NCBI GenBank assembly: GCA_030770535.1
Contig: JASVEC010000002.1
Coordinates: 1,364,001-1,428,000, forward strand
Direction: 5' to 3'
Origin: Batkoa obscura
Lineage: Eukaryota
Length of the DNA: 64,000 nt
Part shown: positions 33,553-47,662 of the stretch, in pieces
How the letters are laid out: each line of letters begins with the position of its first letter
Position numbering within the stretch: position 1 is the stretch's first letter
Program-made: the position numbers and the translations under genes
Notes under the pieces: generated by a model
Databases searched by the model: none
Told to the model about the DNA's origin: nothing
Seen by the model: only the letters and a program-made list of their open reading frames with translations

Positions 33553-34290
33553 TTTTTTCAAAGATAGGAAAGAATGTAAAAATAGTTAAATTTTTATAAT
33601 CTTATTCGAAGTAATTTCTCCACTATTTATATTCTCGAATTCCTTAATGTTTAAAGCGAAATAGTTACTTGTTCCATTTATTATATTCTTTACGGTTAGC
33701 TATCCCTTTTTCGATTTTCTTAATAATGGTAATATGGTAAAAAGTCATTTAAAAAAATCTTAACTTTACTCAATACTCGTGGGTTGAGCTTATATTCACC
33801 ATAACACTAAAAATAGTAAAATTACAATTTCAACAATGGTATGAAACCCAATTTGCCCCTTCTGTTTAACACTTTTTATTGAAGTTTAACGCATCTTTAA
33901 TAACATAGGCATATCATCTAAAAGTCATACTACCAGACTATTTTAAATGACTTTTGAGTAGTATCAAGTGCTAAATCACGATTCTCGTTTAAATAACTAA
34001 TTTTTAGGCTTTAATAACAAAACTTAATAAAGATCAAGTGGTCTTAGTAATAATTTAATCTCATTATTGTTTCTCCTTACTTTTAAATTAGCATTTGCTT
34101 TTTATTAGTTTATTTACGAATTAGGGAAGTAGTCAAATTAATAGTAATAAAAGAGATGATGTCTTATTAAACACTGTCATGTTGGTATGTGGTAACCTCC
34201 TTTTTACTTGAAAAACAACGTAAGTAACTTAGCCTTTTATCTTTGCTGCAATTCCAAGAAACCTTCAACCATCTCTTTTTTCACTGTGCA

Positions 34291-34394
34291 TATGGAGATG
34301 TATTTTGTATTCAAGAATTTTACTAACAATTTTTCCGCTCAAATAGTGTTTAAAAAATGAAAAAAGTGATGAAGCCAAAAAAAACATCCCTATA
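34291..34394 (+). mobile_element. MITE family A copy
   Basis: tatggagatgt...ccgctcaaatagtgtt...acatccctata. Confidence 0.78.
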
Positions 34395-34887
34395 TCTCCC
34401 TTTAATAGTTTTTATAATAGGTACTACTATTATTTGATCCTGGTTTCTCTTATTAACCAAAATAATAGAGTAGATGATAAATAAAATCCATTAACATTAG
34501 CATACATACTGATTTAATTTAACCATATGATAGAATAGTATAATATCAAAGTTGTAAAATTGTAACATAGAAGCTTTTTTAATATCGCTTATTCTTAACT
34601 TTTACTTTCTAGCATTTTTTTAATTTTCCAATCTCGATTATTCTCCTAATTTAGATGTTCAAGGGTAAAATAATAATATGGTTCATAATAATTATACTAA
34701 GGTAAAGCCATTTGCCTTTATTAAAGCTCAATGCCTTTATCTACATATTAAGATTCAAAGCTTTATATTTATTTGTTGTTGTTATAAGTTTTATACTATA
34801 AGTTTTAATCCCAGGGTTAGTTAAATTTATTCGATAATATATTGGTAAAGAATTATTTTATTAAATTAAACATTTAATGAATTAGCC

Positions 34888-36037
34888 CTAGTCATATTCA
34901 TATTTTTCAACTGCTTTAGTTTCTCAATCGGGGTAGGTTTAGGTTTAGTAGCATCCGAAGCAGTATATTTAAAAGAACCATCCTCCTTTTTGGTTGCTTT
35001 CTGGTCCTAAATCATAGTTTAAAACATTGTTTTGATACAAAAATTAACTTACTATTTTAGGCTCCGATTTTCTCTCCTTTTGCTTTGGTGTAAATTTAAA
35101 TGGATTATATTTGGCCAATCCAGTTAAAATAAAAACGATAGCACATGTTATTTTAAATATATTTACTACTGTATATAATGAATATTTCAATGTTAAATTG
35201 AATATCCCACGAAACTTTAAATCGAATAAATAAAATTGAAGTAGTCCTATTGTATTAACACTTAGTGATAGTACATCCCCATAGTGATTGATTTTGCTAT
35301 AATTTAGATCTTTGTCCTGGTATTGTGATAGTTTTACCCCTTCAAGTATTATCCAAGAAAGTAATAAAAAGAAACTAAAATAGAATTAGGCTATAGATTT
35401 GAATAAAATAGAAATGACTAGATACCTAAAATCTTCTGTTGATCTTAAATAAGAGTTAAGTATAATTTGTGGAATAGGAATGACAGCATCTAACAACCTA
35501 ATAATTATAAGAAAAACAGAAGTAGAGTTCGAATCTGGTTGTAATTTCTGAATTATAAAAAGGACCAAAATGGATAATATCGAAATTAAAGTGCCATAAC
35601 TTTCAATTTGACTACTATCTGATTCAATATTATTATGATTTTCCTTCCCTCCCTTCATTTCTTTTTCGTTTCCTTCTTTGAAGTCGATACAGCATTTTAA
35701 TATATATATCTGGCTAATTATTGATACAACTCCTTCTAGTAATAAATTATAGTCACTAATCCTATATGTAAACCTATCTTTTTATAAATACAATTCCTGT
35801 TTATTTTCTATATTAAGATTAATTACCAATAAAATATTTTGATAATACTATAGATAAATATTTAGTAATGAAAAAGAATACTACAAAAGCTTATTACCTA
35901 GACATAATAGTTATACCAGAAGTTAACTTTGAGAAGCCATTTGAGCTCTTGGTTTGATAAATGTTTACAACTTGAGCAAAAGAGCCCAAAGTTGGAAGTA
36001 GTATAAAAACCAAGCCTGAATTATTATCAAAAGACAT
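34888..36037 (-). CDS. PQ-loop membrane protein (PQLC1/Any1-like), multi-exon
   Basis: FAQVVNIYQTKSSNGFS and IPQIILNSYLRSTEDF read as two PQ-loop-type repeats; exon structure approximate. Confidence 0.6.
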
Positions 36038-37241
36038 TAAATTAAATAAAAATAAAAAATAAAAAACAGTAAATTGATTAAATCTAGTTTAATTAATGTA
36101 TTTTTATACTTTAAAACTAAAGATCGACTTAAAGTTCTTAAACTTAACTGTTTCGAGTTTTTTAAGCATTTACAAAATTTCTATTTTATCCCAATAATGC
36201 ATGAAAAATTCGATTGAAAGTTAGTCATCTTTTTTAGTAAATGCTTCACGCTTTAAGCAACATTATTTGAAGAGCAATTAAATGCTAAAGGTAATGATTA
36301 TAAATTAACATGTTGTGCCTTGATTCAAACAAAGCCTTCACTCACATACCTGTCCCATGTCCCTCCATCGCTTCCCTCTAGATCTCTACCTGAAGTTTAT
36401 TCTTTGAGTCCTTACCTCCCCAACCTACTCAACTAAACATCATTTTGCCTCTTATACAAAACAAACCCTATACAGTGATAATGTGCTCTATCTCCATCTT
36501 CATCTCTTTTTCTCCCACTAAGTTAACGTTTTGTCCCAATTACTCAATTCCTATAGACCTCTATATTGGCTGCTTGAATCTGATTTATTATGAACTAAGA
36601 TTCTCCATTGCTAGACTCTCTCACAATAAATAAGATACAATCAAATTGTTAATCCCCACCTTTATGGGCAGATTTCAATCTAACAATAGTGGATTATTTC
36701 ACTAACTTCTAAAACCCGCCCTATACTTGATTTTGTCCCGCATTAATATTTCCTCTTAATCTTGTATTTTTAAACTAATAAACACAAAGCTCTTCATTCT
36801 TTGAATTTAAAAAAATTATAAAACAATATGATATAAATAATTACGCTATAAAATTAGTTTCAGATAAGTAATGATTACTTTTAATCTCAAATGCTAAAAA
36901 AATTATATTCAAAAAATAACCTTATTGTACATATGGTTTTATTCTCTTATGCTCATATTATATCATTAATATATATAAGCATGAATACATCTCTATACAC
37001 CTACATTGAAATTCGGTATTTTGAATGCATTTTATACTTATCATCAAATCTCAGACAAATAAATTCCTAATAACTTAATCAATTACCAAACACTTACAAA
37101 CTTTGATTATTTCTTTTCTTCATTATTTTGTAGTCTCAGTATCAATGTAAACTATGTTTATTGCAAATATTAATGCGTTTTATTTTCAAAGTATATAAGC
37201 GAAAGATATTTATTTTAAAATTATAAATCTTTAGTTTCAAA

Positions 37242-39941
37242 ATGAGTTACATACCTACCGTTGATCCAGGCCTTGAAGATAGACTTAGAAGAGAATCTGA
37301 GAAAACACTACGAATAGATATTCTCTTAGATAAAAAAAACAACTTTATGAACATGTTGACCGCTTTGAAGAACAAAAAGTTACCAGACAATAACCAAATC
37401 GATGGATTGATCACTAATGTAACTGAAAAATTAGAGTGGAGAACTATTAAACCGAGCAAAACCACTTCTAAGATACTCCATGACACAAAATCATTAGTTG
37501 ATGAATCTAAAGTTTATTTTATCGAAAGAAACAATGGAGATTTAATCCAACAATTTATTACTCATTTAGTATATGGCGGGAAACAAACAACAAGTAATAG
37601 TTACCTTCATTATTAGCTTATTCTAATTTTTTTCATAGCTTTAAAAATGAAGACTGATAATATTAAGAATCTTAAAAATCCTTCGTATAAGCTTTATAAA
37701 AGTTTGGTCGATTTATTCAAACTATCACTATCGTCGAGTAAGCTCCGTCGCCTGTTGGAGGAGATCTACAATGTATCAAAAGAGAACATTGATAAGTTGT
37801 TACCTGAAGATACTAGATTGCCTTCCTTATCTAAAACAAAAGAGATAGTGGGAACACCAAAATCTACTTCAAAAGAAAATGGTAATTTAAACGGCTCCCC
37901 CACTATTAAGTCCTATGTGCCTCATTTGGAAACAGCCCCTAATAAAGAAAAAGGGTTTGAAATTCCTATAACTACAGGACAATTCGCAGAGTCTGAATCA
38001 TCAAAATCCCCTTCAAAAGTAAGCACAAGCTTAGATAAGCGTCCTGATATCAAACTAGATATGTCTCGTCCTGAAATAGTTCCCATTAAACAAAAAGGCA
38101 CTAATGTTCCTATAACTACAGGAGAACCTACAGAACCTGAACCATCAAAACCAAGAGCCGAAGGCCAGGAAGTTCAAATTCCCTCCAACAAAGAAGAACT
38201 TAAGGAGGAAGCAATGGGTATTGTAGAAAATTTAGGAGATATTATGATCGGAAAAGGAATTGAAGTTACAAAACCTTTAATACATGATATAGAAAAGTCT
38301 GATGAAAAACCAACAAAGGTCATAAGAGAAAAATTACAAGAAGTAAAAAAGGATTTGGGTGGTGTTCGAAAGAATATTGGAGCAATCAAATTGACCGAAG
38401 ACCAAAAAGATAGATTAATCTCTAGATTTTATGACTTTATGAAGGAGTTACAAAGTAACCCAAAATACCATAAGAATTTAGATTTCATTATTTCTGTTTG
38501 TAACAAGTACAGAAAAATATGACGGAAATTGGGCCTACTACTTATCATATTTTGGATAAGAGCAACCTAAATAATGACGAAATAATGATGGCCTTAAAAG
38601 AGGCAAAAAAGGCAATTGGTAAATTTTTAGGAGATCAGAGTATGACTCCGCTAATCCGCTCAGTTGAGAAATTATATATTTCTCTAATTAATGATCGTGA
38701 AATGAGAAAGATATTCTTACAGCTGAATCAAGACATCATTGATTTTTTCAAGAAACCAGATTATTTAAAGAAGGATGAAGCAAAGAAAGTGTTTAGAAAT
38801 GATTTCAGTTTAATAAAAGCCCATTTACAAGGGAATTATAAAGAAAAATCCGATCTGGTCGTATCTAAATGGCAAATGTTTATTGAAAATATAATCAAAG
38901 ATAAAAAACTCAGATCTATTGCGAAAAAATATAGAATATTATACTATGACTTTTTCAAGAAGAAAGGAGGAAAAATCCAAAGTTCGAAGGTCATTTTAAG
39001 CTTGTTAAAAGACGCATCCAAGCTTAGTTTAAAGAAAGTATCAAATTATGAATATATAAGAATTCCAAGGATTGAGTCGTAAAATTTATATTTTATTAGT
39101 TGCCAATTACTTACTTGTTATAGAAAAGTTAACTCGGATCAATTCATAGTTGATAACATTGTTTTGAAAAGAGAGATTTAATGAATGCTAGTTTAATATT
39201 AAAAAACACTTCTAAACTCGATGGTCAATATAAATTAGTTTCGGATGCTATAGTAATTAAAATGTAAACATTCTCCTTTATAACTATATTTTACTAAACT
39301 TGAATAGCCAGAATTTAAATATCGAAGCACGAAGCGTTGCTTATTTTATTAAAAAATCTATTGGATTTTTTAAGTTTCAAGATGTAAGTTGTTAATGACA
39401 GATAATCATAGTAATTCACTTTTATAGGACGGTTTTATTGATATCAGTACTCCTGAAGGGAAAGGGATTATTATCAATCTAGTTATATCATTCCCAAATA
39501 TATCACTAAATAATACTGTATCACAATCTACTTCTCTAGAAAATAAAATTCATGTTGCAGCTTGTAAAGTGAAGATAGGTGGAATGAAAATGAAATTTCA
39601 TCATAACAAGCATGGGTAATATACAAGTATATCATATATTAGGATAATTAATTTGAATAGAATCTTAATGAAACTTTTACCTCCTATTGTTTTTCCAATG
39701 ATTAAATCACAGATTGAAAAGAAGATCTCAGAAGAAATTAAAGTAATTTTAAAAACAGATGAAATAAAAATTATTAATTATTCATAGAAAAACATTGAAG
39801 AGGTACTTGAAAAAACCATGTCGAGCTTTAAAAAGGTACACAAAAAGAGTACATAGTCTACCATACTAACTGTTTTAGGTCTCAGAACAAGCCATTGAGA
39901 CAGCTATTGAAAATTGGAGAAGTGAACTATTTGCAATTTAA
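37242..39941 (+). pseudogene. HAM1-like/DUF4449-type fungal protein gene with two frameshifts (pseudogene or assembly indels)
   Basis: LKNKKLPDNNQID N-terminus, YIRIPRIE..FIVDNIVL and RSVAYFIKKSIGFFKFQDDGFID segments; frame breaks at ~38515 and ~39172. Family assignment is from recalled motifs. Confidence 0.6.
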
Positions 39942-40657
39942 GATTGTAATAAATTGTATCTTTGTGCTATTTAATAATGCTTAATAAATAAAAACAGCTT
40001 CAGTATATTACAATGATCTACTTTAAGTAAAATAGTAGTACCCTGTATGAACATATCACAATTCATTTTATTTTTTATCATTTAATGTTCAAACTAATTT
40101 TATTTCTTTTTTACATTTTCAAATAGTAACTTGATTTATTTTTTTGATAAAGTAATAGTTTAAAAATGAATCTAAGACCTATATAGAATTGGTAATAAAT
40201 TGTACATACAAAACTATGAAAATGTCTAAATGTATATGCTTAATTTGAATAATAGCTATAATTATAAGTTTAATTTTACTATTTTATTTATTATATGACT
40301 ATAAATCAAGAGGTATAAACTTAAATGATTGGTCAAATACCATCAACTTTTTTGAAAATCGACATTTTTCTATACAAATAGAATTTTATGTATTGACAAA
40401 TTAAGTAGCAGAAAATCTCTCCTTTTTACCTACCGATTGACCGGATATAAGTGAGGTAAAGCAAGTACTAAGTAGAAGCAAAAGATAAAGGAAGATAAGG
40501 AAAGTGATACATCCATCAAAGTATTAACTAGAGTATTCGAAGAACTAAAAGGATACAAAAAAATAAAAAGAGATTTTGAAACTCCAACTATTAATTTGCT
40601 TCAACTTAAATAATATGAAGTTTAGTTCAAATATTAAAATATACATCACTTTTAGTC

Positions 40658-41114
40658 ATGGTTACCGCTCTTAACAAAACCAAAATAGTAAAGAAACACC
40701 CAAAAGCTTTCAACAGACATCAATCTGATCGTTATGTTAAAGTCAAGGTAAATTAAAAAGAGCTCAAAGTAATAAAAAAATAAGTTTTGATTAAATAAAT
40801 TATAGACCTCATGGAGAAAGCCAAAGGGTATTGATAACAGAGTCCGTCGTCGTTTTAAGGGACAAATTGCTATGCCAAAGATTGGTTATGGTTCCAACAA
40901 ATCTACTCGTTTCTGCAACAAAGATGGATTCAAATCTTTCTTAATCCGTGACCCTAAAGATATTGAACTTCTCCTTATGCACAACCAAGTTTATGCTGGA
41001 GTTATCGCTCATAACATCTCTGCTAAAAAACGTGTTGGTATCGTTGAACGTGCTAAGCAATTAAATGTTAAACTTTTAAATGCCGCTGCTCGTCTCCGTA
41101 CTGAAGAAAAATAA
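40658..41114 (+). CDS. RPL32: 60S ribosomal protein eL32; intron 40748-40805
   Basis: [43 protein letters not shown]. Confidence 0.98.
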
Positions 41115-42124
41115 ATTTATGAATAAAATCTATCTGAGTAATATTTATAATAAGGTAAATATATATAGTATTATTTTGTACTAACGTTGATAGTATATTT
41201 ATTGGGCTATATTTTTAAATTCTTTTGTATTAACTTTTATGTAGAGGTTTTGTTCAAATTAAAAAGGAATTTTTTTTATAAGAATGAGAATATTCTAACC
41301 AATGTATTGGTTTTGAAGGAAATAAGAGGACATAACCAGTATTAGTATTTATAAAGAGAATAGAAATATCGAACAAAGTTAGTCAATAGAGAATATACAA
41401 TAATGGCGTTAGAGCATATGATGTTTGTAGAATTAGATCAGCATATTTTAGCTAACGTATTTAAAGGGCACATAAGAAAACACATTATGATATTTAGTGT
41501 CTTATGATAAAGTTTAGCTTTATATTAAAAAAATCAACTATATTGTAAAAATTAATAATGATACTATATAAATTTTAAATTAACGAAGCATAATATTTAA
41601 AGGATACAATATTTTTAATAAAATGAATCTGAACTTATAATATTAAAATACCAAATTAATTTTAGTTGTTACAAATAAACTTGGATTTTATAATTTTATA
41701 GTTTAATCTTTGTTCTAGCTTAAAGTTTTGGGATTATTGAACTAAAATTCAGTAATCATCCTACAGTATTATCTTATTAATTAATTTTTTATCAATAAGC
41801 GCCAATACGGTTGTGAAATAATAGATAATACATATCATAAGTTATAAAAACTAGAAGTAAATTTAGTGATTTATTATAGTTGATATTTAGTGGTGTTATT
41901 CAAAAATCCGAAACAACATTAATATGAGTAAGTAGAAAATCTTACTATCCTGGGCTTTTATTTTGAAGTAACGTTGCTGGTATAAACAAATAATCCCTAA
42001 TTAAAAAACGCAAATTAAATTAAAAATTATAGTCAACTTTTAATTAGTAACTTTATATCAGTTTTTTAAGCTCTAAACCCTAACCCCAATACTAGATTTA
42101 GTTAATATACTTAATAAAAAACTA

Positions 42125-42225
42125 TATAGGGATGTATTTTTGTATTTAAATTTTATTAACAATTTTTTACTCAAATAGTGCTTAAAAATGGAAAAAGTAT
42201 GAAACCAAAAAAAAACGCCCTCATA
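42125..42225 (+). mobile_element. MITE family A copy
   Basis: tatagggatgt...ctcaaatagtgcttaaaaatggaaaaag...gccctcata. Confidence 0.75.
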
Positions 42226-42509
42226 TTTTGCTATAAGAATTTAAAAGATCAAACTTTATCAATAAAAGATTCCTAAAACTATAACATATTAATATCGATA
42301 CTTGATATTTTTATCGATAATAGTTCTTTGTTATGTTGTGTTATTTGAATGAGATCTACAAAAGCTATCCGATTTAATACCCATTTAAAATGAATGTTTA
42401 GCTTAAATACAAGGCTTTTTAAATAAACTATAATAAAAGGTAATAAAAAATACTGGTAAAGTCATAATGCACAAATTTAATGTATGAAGGCAATAAACTA
42501 AAGGAACTT

Positions 42510-43151
42510 TTAGATTTCCATCAGCCATTGTCGTTTCTTTGCTTCTTTCTTTTCCTTTTTCTTTCTTTGTAACACTTCAATTTGCCTTTTGGTAAATTCC
42601 GCCTGTCTATTGATACCGTAGTAATTTAAATATTTTGCTTCTTCGCCACGCTGTTCTACATAATTCTCATAATCAAAAAAAGCTTGACATTGTCTCTTTG
42701 CTCTATCTCCTGAATCGAGATGTTTTGGATTAACAGTATTTAATTTACAATATTCCCCATCTTTTACTTCTGAGTATTGCATATTAATACTATCACCAAA
42801 TTTTACACTTGAATAATCATATTCTTTTTCCATAAAATGACGATACTCCACATGGTCAGTATAAAGGCTAATTAAATAAATGATTATAAATAATAAATGA
42901 ATATACTTTACTTACTTTTTATTTTGAGATTTGCTCATTTGTGGATTATTAATATAGTTTGATAGTAAAGGATAGGTATAAGTTGATCTATTTGTAACTT
43001 TATTCCAATAATAATAACATTGTCTATTATTATCCCAAAATGTTTTCCAATTTTTTTCGTTTAAATCATGTTTACTATCACATTTATCACTATCATTATT
43101 CAATGCTCTTTCGATTTTAATTGCTTTTCTTTTTCTTGAACTTTTACCCAT
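42510..43151 (-). CDS. WW-domain protein with basic C-terminus; intron 42868-42915
   Basis: WKTFWDNNRQCYYYWNKVTNRSTYTYP WW-like domain; splicing joins the two ORFs in frame. Confidence 0.8.
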
Positions 43152-43281
43152 CTTAAATTATCATTATAATATTATACCTCAGCTTTATAGCTTTGTAATA
43201 AATGCATTTTTTAAATTAATTTTTAAAATATATAAAAAATAAAAGCTAATCATATTATTTTTATTTCATCATTAAAATAGC

Positions 43282-44646
43282 TTAAAGTTTACTTTTGTTC
43301 CTAATCGAGCCATCCTTATTTATAGAAGCAAGAAGTAGCTTAATTGTACATCTAGCTGATCCCCAACTGCTTTGATAACCTAATAATTAAATAGATCAAA
43401 TATTAAATAAATAAAGTATTAAATAATTAATTACCAAAACCACCATGTCCATATTGATGACACAAAATCAAATTTTTTCTATCTGGTAAGTTAATATATT
43501 CCACTTCAGAGCGTACCCCACCTTTTCTCGTTGGCCTAAAACCTACGTTATGACTAATAATTTTACAAGGTCCTAAACCACCTGATAGTTTTTGACATCT
43601 TTTTAATATGTCTTCAGCTATATCTTCATCAGGTTGTACTTTACTATAGTAAAAGTATAAATTTAAGCATTTAAATAAATTAGGAGTATTTACTAGTTAT
43701 GTTCTTGCTGTGTTCCACCTAAAATTACAGTACCATCGCCTTTAGGAATGATATAAGTAACTCCTCCTTTATCTAAATAAAATATTAGACTTAAAATAAA
43801 TAAAAAAATAAGCATATTTACATAAACCAGTGGAAGTATAATCGACTTCTGGAGCATGTACTAGAATGGTTTGACCACGCGTTGGGAAAATATTAGGATC
43901 TTTGACGCCATCCATAGTACGTGCACCAAGGCCACAACAATTTATAACAATATTTGTTGGAAAAGATGATATATTATAAGCATCTTTTATATGATTCATA
44001 TGTAATTTAATGTCAATTAGCCCAAGTTTTTTTCCTTCATTAAATAACCATTTTAAATATTCCATTGAATGTATACAAACTAAGATATTAATAACAATAA
44101 TATATATTAATTAAAAGTTTTACCTGCATCATAAGATAATCCAAAAGAATAACCTTCTGGGAGATGTTCTTTTGGTATTTCTGAATACTGTTAAATAATT
44201 TCATATTTAACTTATTTAATCATGATACAATTATTATTAAATACTTACGTTTTGAGCAAAATTTTTAAACCAGGGATGTTTTAAATCAGAACCCTCCTTT
44301 TCATGATATTCATAATTAGGTACAACTTTAATAATATCTTTTAATTCGCCTTTAGCTAATTTCATCAATTCATTATAAGTTATTTTATCGTATTCTATCA
44401 AAATTATTAAATATGTTTAATAAATTACAGAAATTAAATATTACCAATATGCCTAAGATCATCATTGTTAGCATAACTTCTCCAATGAGCACCAGCCCAG
44501 GGACTTGTATAATCAGCATGATATTCACCTGGGAAATGATCAGCAACAACAGCAACTTTATAACCTAATCTTAATAACTCTAAAGCAGTTGTTAAACCAA
44601 TTACACCAGCACCTAATACTACTATATTCTGAGTAAATGTAGTCAT
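43282..44646 (-). CDS. DAO: D-amino-acid oxidase (FAD-dependent), peroxisomal, multi-exon
   Basis: VLGAGVIG Rossmann motif, YTSPWAGAHW, NCCGLGA, PTRGQT, VGFRPTR, HQYGHGG and GYQSSWG; ends ...NKSKL* (PTS1). Confidence 0.94.
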
Positions 44647-45363
44647 TATTTTAAATAAAAAATTGTAGAAAAAAAAAGATAAAGATAAATGTAAAAAAAA
44701 GACTGAACATAACGGTATTTATGCTTTTTCATTCTGTTTCGTTTTACACTGATGGTTTGGTTTACGCCTTTGACTAAATTTAGTAGCTCAATATTTATCT
44801 TATGATATGTGTTACTGGAATGCATAATTGTATAAAATAATCAAATTAAAGCGACAGGAAATATTATATTAAAAACAAAATTATAATATAGCTTTTTACT
44901 AAAAATATATAATTATTAATATAAAATAGAATCACAAATAAGGTTAAAAACAAGATTATAAATGATTTATAATAATACTTTGTAGTAACGTCTTAGTATA
45001 AAAATATAGTGTAATATTATTCTTTAGTATTTTAGTAGTAATAAAGATTTATATATTCAAAATATTATCTTTTGTTTGTTTTGACTTATTAAATTAACCA
45101 TCAGCTGATAAAATACAATAATATTAGTGAGATAAAAATAATGAGTCAAATCAAATGATATTTTTATAGGAATTTTTCAATAAGTAAAGTGAACCTTAGC
45201 ATAGATCTACTTCATCTTATCTTTGATTTTAATTACTTTATTTCTAAACTATCATTTAATAGCATTATTTTAGCTGCTTTAAAACAAAATATTATAAATT
45301 ATACTGATGAATAGATAAATTTAAACCCAAAATTAAATTCACTTTCAAAATGAACTTTATTGA

Positions 45364-45428
45364 AAAATAAAAAATAAAAATAAAATAAAAATAAAATAAA
45401 AATAAAAATAAAATAAAAATAAAATAAA
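45364..45428. repeat. (AAAAT/AAAAAT)n simple repeat
   Basis: Direct reading of the sequence. Confidence 0.85.
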
Positions 45429-45972
45429 TAATGTATTTTTTTTAATGAAGAAACCGAGAGTTATTATACAGCTTTTAACGACCTGAAAATAAAAAACACG
45501 CTTTTTAATTCTTTTCTTAATTCCTCATCTGGTCATTCAAACCTTATAAGTTTAATCTGAATTAAAACAGGAAAGTATTATTTCCAATTTTAATCTGACC
45601 TTTAAAATTACATAGTTCTATATTTCATTTGTTTGATGAATAGTGTTATTTCATTATAACATCTAAGTCTCTCTTATTTCCCAGTATTTAATTAGTATAT
45701 GAAATTTTATTTTTTACACACCTATTTTACAAATAACTTTGATTTTATATTGCATAAAAAATGATCAAGGAAAAATTGATTCCCACATCTTAAAACAAAA
45801 CTTATTATTTCAATAATAGCAATTTGTTTTTATTACATCAAAATAATAGCTATGTAAACACTTTATTAAAAACAAAACGCCTTTAAGATATCAACTAAAT
45901 AATTCAACAGTTTTAAATTGGCCACTTTTAATTTTATTATATAATTAGAAAGTTTCTTATTTAATTCATTCT

Positions 45973-46493
45973 TTTGGTCCACTAAAAATCAATGTTCACT
46001 AATTAAAATGTTAATTAATATAATATTTATTCTTACTCTCCACCTGGAACTAACTAAAAAGAATAACAAGATTAATAACAAATAATATTATGAATTCTAT
46101 TCTATACTTACCATACATACGTTGGTACCGTTTAATAAAATATGAGGTAAACTATTTTTTTGAATACCTTGAGGGGTAAATTCACTATAAATCATTTAAT
46201 TAAAAGATTTAAATAAAATAGGTTTCCTCCTTACAATTCAGTAACATCTTCTAATACCATATCTAATTAAAAGATTTCCATTAACCCAAAATAATTAGAA
46301 AATAATAGAAATTTTTACTAACATAATCATCAAAGCCGGTTAATACACCAGTAAACTCTTTATCATTTTTCATTAATACCCATATTTTAGAACCAATACA
46401 TTTGTCAATAATTTCTATTTAAAAAAAAGATGAATATTAAATTAATTTTATTAAAATACTATTATTACCTAAAGGTAATACTTGGGAAGCCAT
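45973..46493 (-). CDS. LSM5: U6 snRNA-associated Sm-like protein LSm5, multi-exon
   Basis: [49 protein letters not shown]...[16 protein letters not shown]. Confidence 0.93.
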
Positions 46494-46613
46494 TTTAGAT
46501 TCAAAAAGTTTAAAAAATTTAAAAATAATAAAAAATGAAGTTCTAAAATTAGGTTGCAAAAGTTGCAAATGAGGAAATTCAAAAATGATATGGAATTTTA
46601 TTTTTTGAGATTA

Positions 46614-47662
46614 TTAATCTAAATCGTCATTTGAAGAACTCATTTTATCATAAAGTTTAAATGCATCAACAATGGATTCCTAAAAAAACAATAAAAATGT
46701 TAGTTTAATATATGTATACATAACTTACTTCACTTCGATCCCAAAAAGTCAATTTAGCCCCACGAAACCTCGATTTAATATCTGGTAATCTTTGAATTTC
46801 TTTACCATGATGAAATAGAATTAAAGTGGGTATTTGTAGAGAAGTAGCTGAATTATCTATTTTGTATTTTTTACTATATTCTTCTTCATTTTCTTCTAAA
46901 TTAATTCGACCTAAATTATATCATTAATTAATGTGATCATCCATTTTTTATTAATAATTTAGTATTACCAAATTTAACTTTGTCATTAGTATATCTAAAA
47001 GTTAATCTTAATATCGTCAAATCTTTTTTCATCAAATAATAATTTACTTTAATGATACACTGGCAAGTACAGGTTGCATATTAATACATCTAGGTGACCA
47101 ATCCATTTCTAAACAAAGGATAGTATACTCAGCACTATCAATAAACTCATTCAAGGTATCTTTTGTTAAAACCAAAGTCATACTAGGACCATAGTAATGG
47201 GGTTGAGGAATTAAAGAGAATAAAACTAAATAATTAATATCAATATAAAATATAACATACTATGTATGATCTTACTTAACATGACTAACAAATAAATTGA
47301 ACCGAATAATTTTAAATTGAACAAATAAAATACAATTAAGTGGGCTAGTTTTAAATATAAAAACAAAACTCCAAACATCTCTTCAAGACTAGTACTTTTT
47401 CGAAGTTTAATTATTAAAAATACGGTGGTTATTCCATAAACTATTAAGTTCTATAATGATTAATAAGAATAACGATTATCTAATATTATTAAATCAATCA
47501 ATTACTTACCCAATTATTATCATTATTCACAACATCATTGATATCTTTTATATAAGGTAAATAGAAAATTATAAAAGGTACTAAACTATAGAATAAATTG
47601 ATCCAGTAGTATCTTTGATTTAATCGACAATAGATTATTTCATAAGATAATAATGGCTCCAT
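46614..47662 (-). CDS. Thioredoxin-related transmembrane protein 2-like, multi-exon
   Basis: N-terminal TM segments, PQPHYYGPS, WSPRC (SxxC), FGRINL and LQIPTLILFHHGKEIQRLP. Confidence 0.75.

Noticed and set aside
42074..42090. taaaccctaacccc telomere-like motif
   Set aside because: Fewer than 3 units; expected by chance.
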